Positions 1 to 9,954 of a stretch of DNA of 64,000 nt are shown piece after piece. The position numbers and the translations under genes are program-made. The notes under the pieces were generated by a model that saw only the letters and a program-made list of their open reading frames with translations, did not search any database and had not been told where the DNA came from. Numbering within the stretch: position 1 is the stretch's first letter; each line of letters opens with the position of its first letter. This DNA is from Ignavibacteriota bacterium (GTDB lineage: Bacteria; Bacteroidota; Ignavibacteria; UBA10030; UBA6906): contig CAWDEM010000004.1 in assembly GCA_963801355.1 (NCBI GenBank), forward strand, positions 1,568,001-1,632,000, written 5' to 3'.

Positions 1-1310
1 CAGATTCGCTGCAGGGACAACTCAGGCGCGTAGGCCCAATCTATATCTTCGGCGTCATACCACCGGTAGTACAAGAAGGTCTTGATCTTGGCAGTGTCAC
101 TCGGAGGGATGTTGAAGTGAGGGTTTGTTGAATCGTAGCACGCACTCCTGTTCATCAACGGGAACAACTTGTGTCCATTTGCATCCGTGGCGTCAAAGAA
201 GTGAATGGTACGCGCATTCATCATGGGCTGAGGTGCTGGTATATCGTCGAGTTGTCCTGTCTGGCGGTAGTACTCGCTCGCGGGATTCTTGTTCATCCAA
301 TTCCGGAGCCACGTCTCGATGTAGTAGCTGTTGTTGGCATACAGGATATGTCGATCCTGATCAGCGAAAGGGACGGTATGGTCAAACTGGGACACGCTGT
401 CAATCCAGATTGTCCCGCCGTACGGATCTGCCCCTGCCAGCGCTGGGATATGCCCGAACATCTGCGTGTTCACGAAGACGCAATTGGTGATCGCGAGTCG
501 CCTCCACCAGCCGGATTCCAGAGGGAACATCACGACATTGAGGAACGTACAGTGATTGAAATTCACGGAGTCTGCGTAGTTGCCGGACTCCTGTTGGTAC
601 ACATAGCCGATGTTTGCGAATGTGCAATTCTCGAAAGTCACACTTTCTGAATGCCAGCCCTCACTGCTGAAGGGGAAGGAAAGGGCTCTTCCATAGTAAT
701 TGAAGTGCTCATCAACACAGTTTCTAAAGTAACAGTCCTTGAAAAAACCCCGGAAGTGCTTTGCGGTTATTCCCACTGCTCCGCTTGCGTTTGCCGGAAT
801 GCCCGAACGGTCAAAGATGACGCCATCGAACACTGCGACCTGTCCGTTGACCGTATCAGGGGAATCCTCGATCTGCAGACTCACAGACATCCTTTGACCG
901 TTTGTTCGTGCATACAATAGCCAGAGATTCTTCAGCGTGATGTTGCCAAAGCACCGGAAGTTGAATTGCGGAAAACCCACCGTGTCCGACCACACAAGTT
1001 GAGGCGGTGCTGAATCCTGTGTCTTTCCTGGCTTCTGCGCAATGATGGTCAGGTGCGCTCCTGCAGGGACCGTGATTGTCCCGGTCAGCAGGTAGTAGCC
1101 GTGAGGCTCAAGCCGAAAAACGGTTTTGGAAAGAGTACCTGATGCAGTGACTGTCCTTATTGCTTCGTTGAGATGCCCGATACTCGGCGGGATGTCGCTT
1201 GGCACGTCAACCGTATCCGTCTGGGCGCCGGCTTGGGGCAGAGCCAGGAGACAGAGTGCGACGAGTTGTGCTACGGCAGAACAGTGCTTCAAAATGCGCC
1301 CCTTTCTCAT
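1..1310 (-). CDS. Secreted protein, probably beta-helix-like, partial (runs off the left edge; absent from the ORF track)
   Basis: Manually translated open frame from ATG at 1310 to the window edge. Signal peptide MRKGRILKHCSAVAQLVALCLLALPQAGA/QTD, then repeated FxNCxF motifs (FKDCYFRNC, FENCTFANI, FNHCTFLNV, ITNCVFVN). Confidence 0.8.
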   Translation of the reverse strand, partial: MRKGRILKHCSAVAQLVALCLLALPQAGAQTDTVDVPSDIPPSIGHLNEAIRTVTASGTLSKTVFRLEPHGYYLLTGTITVPAGAHLTIIAQKPGKTQDSAPPQLVWSDTVGFPQFNFRCFGNITLKNLWLLYARTNGQRMSVSLQIEDSPDTVNGQVAVFDGVIFDRSGIPANASGAVGITAKHFRGFFKDCYFRNCVDEHFNYYGRALSFPFSSEGWHSESVTFENCTFANIGYVYQQESGNYADSVNFNHCTFLNVVMFPLESGWWRRLAITNCVFVNTQMFGHIPALAGADPYGGTIWIDSVSQFDHTVPFADQDRHILYANNSYYIETWLRNWMNKNPASEYYRQTGQLDDIPAPQPMMNARTIHFFDATDANGHKLFPLMNRSACYDSTNPHFNIPPSDTAKIKTFLYYRWYDAEDIDWAYAPELSLQRI

Positions 1311-1376
1311 CCGGGCATTTGAGACAAGAGGAACTACACACGAAACGGACCGGGACTCGGAATCAGAATCCACGAG

Positions 1377-1405
1377 AATCTACACAGCAGCGTGGTGTAA
1401 GTCAA
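1377..1405 (-). promoter_or_regulatory. sigma70-like promoter (TTGACT-N17-TAGATT)
   Basis: Near-consensus -35/-10 with 17-bp spacer upstream of the CDS starting at 1310. Confidence 0.5.
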
Positions 1406-1425
1406 TGTGGCAGCAGAATTTCGGC

Positions 1426-1454
1426 TTGACATTGGCTGGTGGAACCTTTAAAAT
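1426..1454 (+). promoter_or_regulatory. sigma70-like promoter (TTGACA-N17-TAAAAT)
   Basis: Consensus -35, near-consensus -10, 17-bp spacer, ~80 bp upstream of the protease gene. Confidence 0.65.
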
Positions 1455-1533
1455 CTACTAAATTCCTGATTGTCCGCACTCCACGGATACGCACTCTGCG
1501 TGTCCATCTCGAACTCATCCAGGGAGAACAAAC

Positions 1534-2673
1534 GTGCCGAGAGGACGGACTTTTCTGCTCAGGCTGACAATGATATCGGTATTCATTGTTGCGGCCTTTG
1601 TTTTCATGTTATCAGGGTGCGAAGGAAATCGTGATGAACCTGCGAGTCCGGTATCATCAACGACCTCGATGACCTCCGGCCAGCAGATCCCGTTGTCGAA
1701 GAGTGATTCCCGGATTCTTGCTGCGATGCGTGTGCAGGAAAAACACACGCAACGGCTCATGGCGTCGAGGGACGTTGTCGGAACCGCGGTGGGACTCAAT
1801 GATGCGGGTGATGTTGTGGTGAAGATCTACACGGTCAGGGAAGGTGTCGCAAATCTCCCCGCGAACCTTGATGGCATGAAGGTCGATGTTGAAGTCACGG
1901 GGGTCATTCGCGCGATGGGTAAGCCGATTGGTGGCAGTCGGGTGGACCACAAAGCAATTCAAACCCCGCCGATCCAACTTGGTACTTCTGGCGGGTGGGG
2001 AAATGATCTTGCGAATGGTTACTGCTGCGGAGGAACACTGGGGTCGCTCGTAACTAAGGGCGGAAAACAGTATATCCTCAGCAACTATCATGTTCTTGAA
2101 GCTGACATCGTAATGGGTGGAAACAACCGAGTAGCGGCGAACGGTGATCCGGTGATCCAGCCGGGTTTGATAGATGTGAACTGTGGTGCCAGCAAAGCGC
2201 AAGCCGTGGCCAGTCTTGTTCTCTCCCACAGCCTCCCTAGATCGAACGTAGATGCTGCGATTGCTGAGGTAGTCTCGGGTACGGTCAGTACTGACGGCGC
2301 AATCCTCGAGATTGGCACCATTTCTTCGCAGACCATTACCGCATCACTCAATCAGGCGGTAAAGAAAAGTGGGCGCACGACAGGTCTCTCGCGCAGCACA
2401 ATCTCGGGATTGAATGGCACGGTCTCAGTGACGTATGAGAATGAATGTGCAGGAGGTATGGCATTCACGAAAACATTCACTGGTCAGATTGTCATCGCCA
2501 ACAAAGGAAGCCGATTCTTGAATAGTGGAGACTCCGGCTCATTGATGGTTGAGGACAAAGCGACCAATCCCCGCGCCGTAGGACTTCTGTTTGCCGGTAG
2601 CAGCTCACTTGCGGTCGCAAATCCGATCGATGAAGTACTTAAGTTCCTTGGTGCAACAATGGTGGGTAACTAA
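1534..2673 (+). CDS. Lipoprotein trypsin-like (S1/PA clan, Nal1-like) serine protease with an N-terminal pro-like domain
   Basis: Lipobox LSG/C; catalytic triad motifs SNYHV, DAAIA, GDSGS; C-terminal AVGLLFAG. Confidence 0.85.
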   Translation: MPRGRTFLLRLTMISVFIVAAFVFMLSGCEGNRDEPASPVSSTTSMTSGQQIPLSKSDSRILAAMRVQEKHTQRLMASRDVVGTAVGLNDAGDVVVKIYTVREGVANLPANLDGMKVDVEVTGVIRAMGKPIGGSRVDHKAIQTPPIQLGTSGGWGNDLANGYCCGGTLGSLVTKGGKQYILSNYHVLEADIVMGGNNRVAANGDPVIQPGLIDVNCGASKAQAVASLVLSHSLPRSNVDAAIAEVVSGTVSTDGAILEIGTISSQTITASLNQAVKKSGRTTGLSRSTISGLNGTVSVTYENECAGGMAFTKTFTGQIVIANKGSRFLNSGDSGSLMVEDKATNPRAVGLLFAGSSSLAVANPIDEVLKFLGATMVGN

Positions 2674-2698
2674 TCTTACAATGCTGCGACTGATCAGC

Positions 2699-2735
2699 CA
2701 CCCACCTTGCACATCTCAGGGTGGGTGTTTTGTTT
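2699..2735 (+). terminator. Intrinsic terminator
   Basis: CACCCACCTTG/CAGGGTGGGTG stem followed by TTTTGTTT. Confidence 0.65.
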
Positions 2736-2754
2736 CACGGTTCAGGGATTTAAC

Positions 2755-3099
2755 GTGAAAACAGTGTCGCAGGGAAATGGTGCAGTGATAGTAGTCACCG
2801 TCTGTGTTTCCATGATTGCGATCCAAACGGGGTGTGAGCAAAGCGCGAAGAAAAATGTCCAGACCGAGACTGCACAAACGATGAAAGACATTAATGAAGT
2901 GATCAAGGTGTACGCCGACAGCCTGATGGCTATCCCCGGCGTCGTGGGTCTCTACCACGGTTTGGATGACGATGGAAAGTCATGTCTGAAGGTCATGGTG
3001 AAGGAGAAGACCCCGGAGATCTCAAAACGGATACCAGAGCGGATTGAGGGATTCCCTGTCGTGATTGATGAGACGGGGGAGATCAAGCCAATGAAGTGA
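2755..3099 (+). CDS. Small putative lipoprotein consisting of a homolog of the upstream protease N-terminal domain
   Basis: Hydrophobic stretch and QTG/C; LMAIPGVVG...GLDDDG...IPERIEGFPVVIDETGEIKPM aligns with protease LMASRDVVG...GLNDAG...LPANLDGMKVDVEVTGVIRAM. Start codon uncertain (GTG 2755). Confidence 0.75.
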   Translation: MKTVSQGNGAVIVVTVCVSMIAIQTGCEQSAKKNVQTETAQTMKDINEVIKVYADSLMAIPGVVGLYHGLDDDGKSCLKVMVKEKTPEISKRIPERIEGFPVVIDETGEIKPMK

Positions 3100-3121
3100 T
3101 TTTTCTTTTGTTCTCTCATGT

Positions 3122-3153
3122 CCGGTCAGCAACTGTTGGCCGGGCTTCTTTTT
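3122..3153 (+). terminator. Intrinsic terminator between convergent genes
   Basis: CCGGTCAGCA/TGTTGGCCGG stem followed by GCTTCTTTTT. Confidence 0.55.
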
Positions 3154-3204
3154 CTCCCCACACAGCCACAGCCTCCGTCACCCGAACGATCTGTAACTCT
3201 GCGA

Positions 3205-5808
3205 TCACTGCGGCGACGGCATTCGCTCATCCTCCGAGAGAAGTGCCTGAAACCGTGGATTGCTCCTGAGCGGGTCGTAGATGGGATCGAGGCGAAGTTC
3301 AGCCTTCGTGAGCACACTGGGGACAGACAAAAGCTGTTCGATTTCGCTAATAGCCTTGGCGTCGTGGCCAAGAATGACGTGAACTTGCATCACGCCGATC
3401 TCGAGTACTTTGCCGCCATTGTTTGAAAATTTCAGCCCACGGTGAAGAACCTCGTTTGCCTCGCGAAGAGCATCCTCACGCTTACCAAGAATGGCGAAGG
3501 CCCTCGCGAGCTGCAAGTGATTAGGTTCCCAGTCGGGCTGCAGTTCTACCAGTTCCGAATACTCTGCTGCCGCTACCAGAGCTTGCTCATTTGCCTTTGC
3601 GTGCTCCCCCATGAATCTGTAGATGTCCGATTTCATGAGAGGGTCCGTCGAAGAGTCCGCATTGCAGAATGCGAGTGCTGCAGCGTACTCTCTCTCGTAA
3701 AGGCGGATCCTGATCTCGCCGCCGGTCAACTTCTCCTGTGTGTTCCTTCGCGTCTCATCCAGCACTTCCTTTGCCCGCGGAAGATCACCTCGACCCAACA
3801 AAGAAGTTGTGAATTTCCAGCTGTAGGAACCTGTCCTGCGTGGTTCAAGTGCAATCACGACGTCGCTCATTCGCTCCGCGTCCGCAAATTGGCGTATGCA
3901 GAAGTACCCCCAGCAGACGAAATTCGCCGACATGAAACTTGGGTCTAGCTCGTAGGCCTTGAGAGTATACCCGAGCCCCTCCTTCTCATATCCTTGGGCT
4001 GTGAGGAGTGCCCCCACCGTAACAAGAAACTCACTGTTGCCGGGCTGGTCATTCAGGGCCAATTGAAACTCGGCGAATGCACGTATTGAATCCGGTTCAG
4101 CATAATAGTAGTATGCACCTTTGGCTTGATGGATTTCGGGAAGATCCGGCTCAAGGGCTTTGGCTTTCTCAAGGGCGGCCCTCGCCTGATTCATTCGTTC
4201 GGCGGAGCGCACTTGTTCAAAGAACATCTGCTCACATCGCACCAGCGAAAGCTTCGCCCAGGCTATCGCGAATTTGGGGTCAAGCGCGACAGCTTTCTCG
4301 AGCAACTCGGCTGCCCGGCTGTCTTCCTCCTTCGATTGGGCAATCATCCAAGTGCGGTTCCCCATCAGGTAATAGTCATACGCTTCTGTGTTTTCTGTGG
4401 GCTTGCGCCCGATGAGCAACTTTTCACGCGGAGTCAGGTTTGCCCTCAGTTCGGATGCAATCTTTTCTGAAATTTCACTCTGAATGGCAAAAATATCTCC
4501 GTACGGCTTCTCATATGTGTCTGCCCAGATGTGATTCTCACTCTGCGCGTCAATCAGCTGCACCTGAATGCGTATGCGCCCCCCTGCCTTCTGGACGCTC
4601 CCTTCCATCAGATAGTTCACCCCCAGCTCCTGACCGATCTGCCTCATAGTCTTCCTGGTGTCGCGGTACTGCAGAACGCTGGTCTGCGCCTTTACTTTGA
4701 TCTCCTTGATCCTGGTAAGATGCGTCAGGATCTCACCATGAATACCGTCGGCAAACGTCTGATCATCCTCTGTCTTGCTAGGCGTATTCAGAGGGAGCAC
4801 TGCGATGGATCTTTCTCCCGCTGGCAGGTTGTCGACATATCGCACTTTCGCAAACCACGCCGCAGTGACAATCAGCGCAACGACAAGCAGAATGCCGAGA
4901 AGGAGAGGTACCGGTCGTTTCCACAATGATGATCTCATCACGGCATGCGCTGAGTCAGGCACAATGGGACCGGCTGTTGATCCGGATTCCTTCGTGAGCT
5001 TCCGCAGAGCAACCAGAATTTCATTCACATGTTGAAAGCGCTCCTGCGGCTGCTTTGCCAGCGCCTTGTCGACAATCCGTTCCGCGTCCATCGGGATTCC
5101 GGTGCGCAGGCCGGTGATGGGAGCCGGCTCAGCATTGAGAATGGAATAGAACACGGCGTTCTCATATTCCGCCACAAACGGGCGCTTGCCGGAAAGCATC
5201 TCGTAAAGAAGGGCTCCCAGGGACCAGATATCGGTTCTGTGGTCGGCTGATTCACCCCGCACCTGCTCGGGCGACATGTATGCTGCCGTGCCGAGCGTGG
5301 AGCCCGTCTTTGTGAGCATCGTCTGGCCGGAGAGTTTTGCCAGTCCGAAGTCCACAATCTTGGCCACACCGTCCGACGTGACCATGATATTTGCCGGTTT
5401 GATGTCGCGATGCACGATGCCGTGGTCATGCGCTTTGGCCAGACCCTGCGCCACCTGGAGGGCAATATCGATCGCATCTTCGAACTTGAGCGGACCGCGC
5501 TCTATCTTCTTCTTGAGCGTTTCGCCTTCAAGGTATTCCATGCTTATGAACATCTGTCCGTCGGGAGTTTCGTCGATGTCGTAGACGACGCAGATGTTGT
5601 TGTGCTGAAGCGCCGAGGCTGCTTTCGCCTCATGGATGAAGCGCTGTTTCGCATCGGGATCGCGTGTCAGGTCGGGTGGCAGAAACTTGAGGGCTACGAA
5701 GCGATCGAGCTTGAGGTCTTGGGCTTTGTACACCACACCCATGCCCCCCCCACCGAGGTGCTCGAGGATCTTGTAATGAGAGACCGTCTGACCGATGAGG
5801 GTAGCCAT
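3205..5808 (-). CDS. Hanks-type Ser/Thr protein kinase with TM segment, TolB-like domain and TPR repeats
   Basis: [30 protein letters not shown]; [20 protein letters not shown]; SIAVLP...GSVQKAG...HIWADTY; C-terminal [14 protein letters not shown]. Start reassigned to [12 protein letters not shown] at 5808. Confidence 0.92.
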   Translation of the reverse strand: MATLIGQTVSHYKILEHLGGGGMGVVYKAQDLKLDRFVALKFLPPDLTRDPDAKQRFIHEAKAASALQHNNICVVYDIDETPDGQMFISMEYLEGETLKKKIERGPLKFEDAIDIALQVAQGLAKAHDHGIVHRDIKPANIMVTSDGVAKIVDFGLAKLSGQTMLTKTGSTLGTAAYMSPEQVRGESADHRTDIWSLGALLYEMLSGKRPFVAEYENAVFYSILNAEPAPITGLRTGIPMDAERIVDKALAKQPQERFQHVNEILVALRKLTKESGSTAGPIVPDSAHAVMRSSLWKRPVPLLLGILLVVALIVTAAWFAKVRYVDNLPAGERSIAVLPLNTPSKTEDDQTFADGIHGEILTHLTRIKEIKVKAQTSVLQYRDTRKTMRQIGQELGVNYLMEGSVQKAGGRIRIQVQLIDAQSENHIWADTYEKPYGDIFAIQSEISEKIASELRANLTPREKLLIGRKPTENTEAYDYYLMGNRTWMIAQSKEEDSRAAELLEKAVALDPKFAIAWAKLSLVRCEQMFFEQVRSAERMNQARAALEKAKALEPDLPEIHQAKGAYYYYAEPDSIRAFAEFQLALNDQPGNSEFLVTVGALLTAQGYEKEGLGYTLKAYELDPSFMSANFVCWGYFCIRQFADAERMSDVVIALEPRRTGSYSWKFTTSLLGRGDLPRAKEVLDETRRNTQEKLTGGEIRIRLYEREYAAALAFCNADSSTDPLMKSDIYRFMGEHAKANEQALVAAAEYSELVELQPDWEPNHLQLARAFAILGKREDALREANEVLHRGLKFSNNGGKVLEIGVMQVHVILGHDAKAISEIEQLLSVPSVLTKAELRLDPIYDPLRSNPRFQALLSEDERMPSPQ

Positions 5809-5895
5809 GACAGTTCCTGTAGGAGGGAGAACGGCAGCAAGATACACCTGGCCGCGATGAGAGTCAAATTGCCCATAAGGTGGGGAGGGGACTGG

Positions 5896-5955
5896 ATCCA
5901 AGAGAATCAGATCCAAGAGAATCAGATCCAAGAGAATCAGATCCAAGAGAATCAG
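5896..5955. repeat. Perfect tandem repeat, 4 x 15 bp (ATCCAAGAGAATCAG)
   Basis: Units at 5896, 5911, 5926 and 5941. Confidence 0.95.
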
Positions 5956-5966
5956 ACTTTCAGGAA

Positions 5967-5995
5967 TTGACAATCCTGGTGGGGGGTATTATATT
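5967..5995 (+). promoter_or_regulatory. sigma70-like promoter (TTGACA-N17-TATATT)
   Basis: Consensus -35 and near-consensus -10 immediately after the tandem repeat. Confidence 0.6.
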
Positions 5996-6259
5996 CTGGC
6001 CACATAGGTCTCCCTGCGGTGGACGGGGCGGTTGCCGTGTGGGACCTGAGAGCGCAAGTCCGATTCTTGCTCCTGCTCTTACACTCCCATCTCTCCTACG
6101 GATTCCCTGAGCATCCCATCAACCACAACTCGCCGAGCACGAGTCGTCATGGGTATTACCATGCACGGGCGCTGCCGGTCAGACGGAGGGCTCCAAGGTG
6201 CCTCGTTTCAGCAAGGGTTGCATCATTCCCTGAAACACCACTCTACAAGGAGAAAGATC

Positions 6260-6331
6260 ATGAGAGATGCGTCTGCATCTTTGATGATAGTCTTTTGCAT
6301 AGCGCTCATGGGCTGTGCGAGTCGACAATGA
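6260..6331 (+). other. 23-codon ORF encoding a lipoprotein signal peptide plus CASRQ (truncated lipoprotein or micro-lipopeptide)
   Basis: AAGGAG RBS at 6247-6252; MRDASASLMIVFCIALMG/CASRQ*. Confidence 0.35.
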
Positions 6332-6439
6332 CACCCTGATTCAGATCGGCCCGCGGAGGATAGGAAAGTTTCAGGATGAGAGATGGGAACAATACGAGGT
6401 CTGGGAAAGAATGAAATAAGGGAGCAAAAGGAGGACACA

Positions 6440-8488
6440 ATGACGATTTCACGTGTGTGTCTCGCATTTGCTATTGCCCTTCTTTGTCATCATGCACCGG
6501 CTCAGTGGGTGCAAACAAATGGCCCTGAGGGGGGACCCGCGAGGGGCGTGGCCGCCCAGGGACGGTACCTCTTTGCAGGTATGTACGAAGGCGGTGTCTA
6601 TAGGTCCACAGATAACGGGGGAACCTGGAGTCAGCCCGTAGCGGGTCGGCCCTCAATATTCATCTATACCCTTAACATCATCGGGTCGAAGCTGTTTGCG
6701 GGAGGTCTTGGGGGCATCTTCGCATCCACCGACAGCGGCGTGACATGGAATTCATCTCAGACCGGCCTGTCGGGAGAAGTCCATGCCATGGTAGCCAGCG
6801 GTACGAATCTGTTTGCTGGCACGTATAGCGGCGTGTACCTCTCGACAGATGACGGCGCGACGTGGACGAAGGCCGCAACCGGTCTGACCAACACGAAAGT
6901 AACTGCTCTGGTTGTCAAAGGCACTGACCTCTTTGCCGGCACTCAAGGGGGCCTGTTCCGCTCTACTGACCAGGGTGCAAACTGGCTGGATGCTGAATCC
7001 GGTATCACGAACACCAATATCAATGCCCTCGCGGTCAGTGGCTCGATCATCTTCGCCGGGTCGTACGGCGGTGTCTTTAAGACGACCAACAACGGGGTGA
7101 CTTGGTCAGCGGCAAACACCGGTCTTTCCTCCCTGGCAGTGATGTCGCTTGCGGTAAGTGGCTCAGGGTTGTTCGCAGGGATATCTTCGGGAAGCATCTT
7201 CGTTTCGACAAACAGCGGAGGTAGCTGGGCTGCCACCGGCACCGGATTGCCCAGCTCGACGCCGTGGGGTCTCGTTTCGATTCTCTCTTCTCTGTACGTG
7301 TGCAACGAGGGGGGCGTATTCCGCTCCACGGACAATGGAGCGAACTGGGCTGTCTTGAATCGGGGCTTCCTGCATCAGACTACGCAGGCCTTCGCTGTCA
7401 TCGGCACGACGCTCTTTGCCGGAGCCTTTGGAGGTGTCTTCCGCACCACGAATGACGGAGACATTTGGACACGGGTAAACACAGGCTTAGTGAACACGGG
7501 TGTTTATTCGCTGATAGCAAACGGCGGTGAGTTGTTTGCAGGGTGTGTCCCCGGCGTGTATCGGTCCACCAACAGCGGCGACAACTGGACGTACGCCGGG
7601 ACCGGTCTCGCGGGCCCGAACGTGTTCAGCCTTCTTTTCAAGGGGTCATCTCTCTTCGCGGCAACAGCCGACGGAGTGGGGCTCTCGACCAACCGCGGAA
7701 CCTCATGGACGATGCTGGACGCCGGCCTCCCGAGCTCCAGTGCATTCTCGCTCGCCATCATCGGGAACACACTTTTCGCCGGCACAGGGAGCGGTCTCTT
7801 TCACAGCACAGACGATGGCGGCCACTGGATCGCCGATACGGCAAGCCTTCCTGCGAAGCCGATCTATTGTCTTCTCTTAAGCAAGACTACGCTGTTGGCG
7901 GCAGCGTACGCCGTCGGCATGTACGCCTCCAAGGATTCGGGAAAGACCTGGACCCTTAGCAACACCGGCATCACCAACACCGCGTTCCTCTCAATTGCCG
8001 GAACCGGGAGCAATGTATTTGTCGGATCCACGGGCGGGCTGTTTCTGTCGACAAACAACGGAGCAACGTGGGAAAGTGCGAAGGGCACACTGCCCAGCGG
8101 GTATACTACCGGTCTGGGCATCAAAGGTCAGTACGTCTTTGCCGGTTTGTTCCGGAAGAGTGTCTTTCGACGGCCGCTCTCCGACATGATTGTTGAAGTC
8201 TGCGAGGCAAGGGACAAAGGGGTCAGGGAATTCGTGCTCGAGCGGAACTACCCCAACCCCTTCAATCCTGCGACCACTATCCGCTACGGCCTGCCCAATC
8301 GTACGCACGTGACGCTCACTGTCTTCAACACTCTCGGTCAGCAGATTACCTTTCTCCAGAATGGGGAGCAGGATGCCGGGTATCACGAGGCCAAGTTCGA
8401 GGGGAGCGGTCTCTCAAGCGGCGTGTACTACTACAGGATGGAAGCGGGATCGTATGTGGAAACGAAGAAGCTTTTGCTGGTTCGTTAG
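6440..8488 (+). CDS. T9SS-sorted BNR/Asp-box repeat beta-propeller protein
   Basis: AGGAGG RBS; signal peptide; many STDxGxxW repeats; C-terminal NYPNPFNPATTIRY...SGVYYYRM...KKLLLVR. Confidence 0.88.
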   Translation: MTISRVCLAFAIALLCHHAPAQWVQTNGPEGGPARGVAAQGRYLFAGMYEGGVYRSTDNGGTWSQPVAGRPSIFIYTLNIIGSKLFAGGLGGIFASTDSGVTWNSSQTGLSGEVHAMVASGTNLFAGTYSGVYLSTDDGATWTKAATGLTNTKVTALVVKGTDLFAGTQGGLFRSTDQGANWLDAESGITNTNINALAVSGSIIFAGSYGGVFKTTNNGVTWSAANTGLSSLAVMSLAVSGSGLFAGISSGSIFVSTNSGGSWAATGTGLPSSTPWGLVSILSSLYVCNEGGVFRSTDNGANWAVLNRGFLHQTTQAFAVIGTTLFAGAFGGVFRTTNDGDIWTRVNTGLVNTGVYSLIANGGELFAGCVPGVYRSTNSGDNWTYAGTGLAGPNVFSLLFKGSSLFAATADGVGLSTNRGTSWTMLDAGLPSSSAFSLAIIGNTLFAGTGSGLFHSTDDGGHWIADTASLPAKPIYCLLLSKTTLLAAAYAVGMYASKDSGKTWTLSNTGITNTAFLSIAGTGSNVFVGSTGGLFLSTNNGATWESAKGTLPSGYTTGLGIKGQYVFAGLFRKSVFRRPLSDMIVEVCEARDKGVREFVLERNYPNPFNPATTIRYGLPNRTHVTLTVFNTLGQQITFLQNGEQDAGYHEAKFEGSGLSSGVYYYRMEAGSYVETKKLLLVR

Positions 8489-8514
8489 CGGTGCCATCTG
8501 ATGAGATGAAGACG

Positions 8515-8541
8515 AGGCTCGGGATTACTTCCGGGCCTTTT
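8515..8541 (+). terminator. Intrinsic terminator
   Basis: AGGCTCGGGA/TTCCGGGCCT stem followed by a T run. Confidence 0.5.
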
Positions 8542-8976
8542 CCTTATTTCACGCGCCACCCCTCATTTCCGAAAATCAAGCACAGAAATCGGCTTCTGGA
8601 CTCTCTCAACAAGAGCACCCTTGATGAAGGAGCTGCTCCGGGAGAGGGGCGAGATGACCATCCTGAAAGACGTAAAATGCCTGGATCAGGAACATAATCA
8701 GTATATGCAAGATCTGAAGAGCATGGGCCACTCGGACTAAATCGGTGGACCGATGTCATCGTATCGCGAAAAACCACGAGACCTGGTTGGGTTTTGGCAA
8801 ATTATTGTCAAGGGAACCAATAATATTCGAAGTCAGTTATAGATACCATGCGGTAGTCCACTTGGGGTCATTGGAGGAGAAGCAGATTCCGGGATCTTTC
8901 ATCAGGTGTTAGAGAGAAGGTTTCTGGTACCTAATCCATATCACAATTGCAGAACCCATCATAAAGGAGACTCACT

Positions 8977-9228
8977 ATGCCACTGTTCATGGACATTCAC
9001 AAGCACGTACCGGGCCTCACCGCAGAAGCAGTTACTGGAGCCCACGCAAAAGACCTCGAGATTCAGAAGAAGTACGGGGTGCAGTATCTGAAATACTGGT
9101 TCGATGAAGGCTCAGGAAAGGTATTCTGTCTTGTCAGCGCTCCCAACAAGGAAGCTGCGATGAAAGTGCATCGCGATGGTCATGGTCTGGTTGCCGACGA
9201 AATCATCGAGGTCAAGGAAGGAATGTAA
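8977..9228 (+). CDS. DUF4242 / SCO4226-like small putative nickel-binding protein
   Basis: AAGGAG RBS; MPLFMDIH...AHAKDL...YW.DE..GKVFCL..AP......VH..GHGL.ADEI.EV family pattern. Confidence 0.85.
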   Translation: MPLFMDIHKHVPGLTAEAVTGAHAKDLEIQKKYGVQYLKYWFDEGSGKVFCLVSAPNKEAAMKVHRDGHGLVADEIIEVKEGM

Positions 9229-9316
9229 CACAGAAGGATACGTAGGAGGCCAGACTCACGCCGGCCGGTTCTGCATATGCGGGCCCTCAAAACCTCCAAC
9301 ATCATACTGTTCCCTA

Positions 9317-9622
9317 ATGATGATTAGATCGGCCATGACTACCAAACAAGTCAGTCTTCGCTTGAAAACCATTCCGAATTGGTCGAAACGCGCTCAAAGA
9401 ATTCTTCGAACATTCAAATTCGAGGGATTCTTGAAAAGTATCGATTTTGTCGACCGGATCGCAAGGAAAGCTCAAGAAAGTAATCACCATCCGGATATCG
9501 ATATCCGTTTCAACAAGGTGACATTGAAGCTCACGACGCATGATGAAGGAGGGCTTACCGAGAAGGACTTCTCCCTTGCCCGGCAATGCGATCAGGTCTT
9601 CTCCAAGCATTTTGCGTCGTAA
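9317..9622 (+). CDS. phhB: Pterin-4-alpha-carbinolamine dehydratase
   Basis: Motifs NHHPDI, LTTHDEGGLTEKDF. Start uncertain (9317 or 9335). Confidence 0.85.
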   Translation: MMIRSAMTTKQVSLRLKTIPNWSKRAQRILRTFKFEGFLKSIDFVDRIARKAQESNHHPDIDIRFNKVTLKLTTHDEGGLTEKDFSLARQCDQVFSKHFAS

Positions 9623-9679
9623 TCAATGCAGCCTCCAATCCAAAACTGTATGGAAGTGGGTACCTGTGTCTTTCAATCG

Positions 9680-9711
9680 GCCCGGGCAGCGATGTCCGGG
9701 CTCTTCTTTTT
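9680..9711 (+). terminator. Intrinsic terminator
   Basis: GCCCGGGCA/TGTCCGGGC stem followed by TCTTCTTTTT. Confidence 0.6.
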
Positions 9712-9954
9712 CCGCGGCCTCGACCAAGGATGGCCTGTACAGGTCGGGAAAGACCAGGAGATCAAGGCTCTGTCAGAGATGAACGTGCTTCAGGAGTTTG
9801 AGAGTGACCTTTGGAGTAGCGCTCAATGGGCCTCAGCCGTCGAGCCGCCGCTCTGGACCTCTCTTCACAGCCCACCCCGGCGACCGACGGGGTCCTTCCT
9901 CGAGCCGCAATGGTTCCTCCGGCAATAACCTCGAAAGGACAACGTGAGAACACA

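Noticed and set aside
5896-5955. CRISPR array (also considered for 43801-43852 and the E2 repeats)
   Set aside because: Units are contiguous with no spacers, too short, and there are no cas genes.
5809-5973. N-terminal LDLIL-repeat extension of the kinase ORF
   Set aside because: It is the translation of the 15-bp intergenic repeat; the paralog at 10423 confirms the start MATLxGQTVSHY.
8491-8960. Short ORFs between the beta-propeller gene and DUF4242
   Set aside because: No recognisable motif or RBS; possibly decayed coding sequence but not supportable.
9626-9953. 100-aa ORF after phhB
   Set aside because: Spans a terminator hairpin and has no recognisable family motif.
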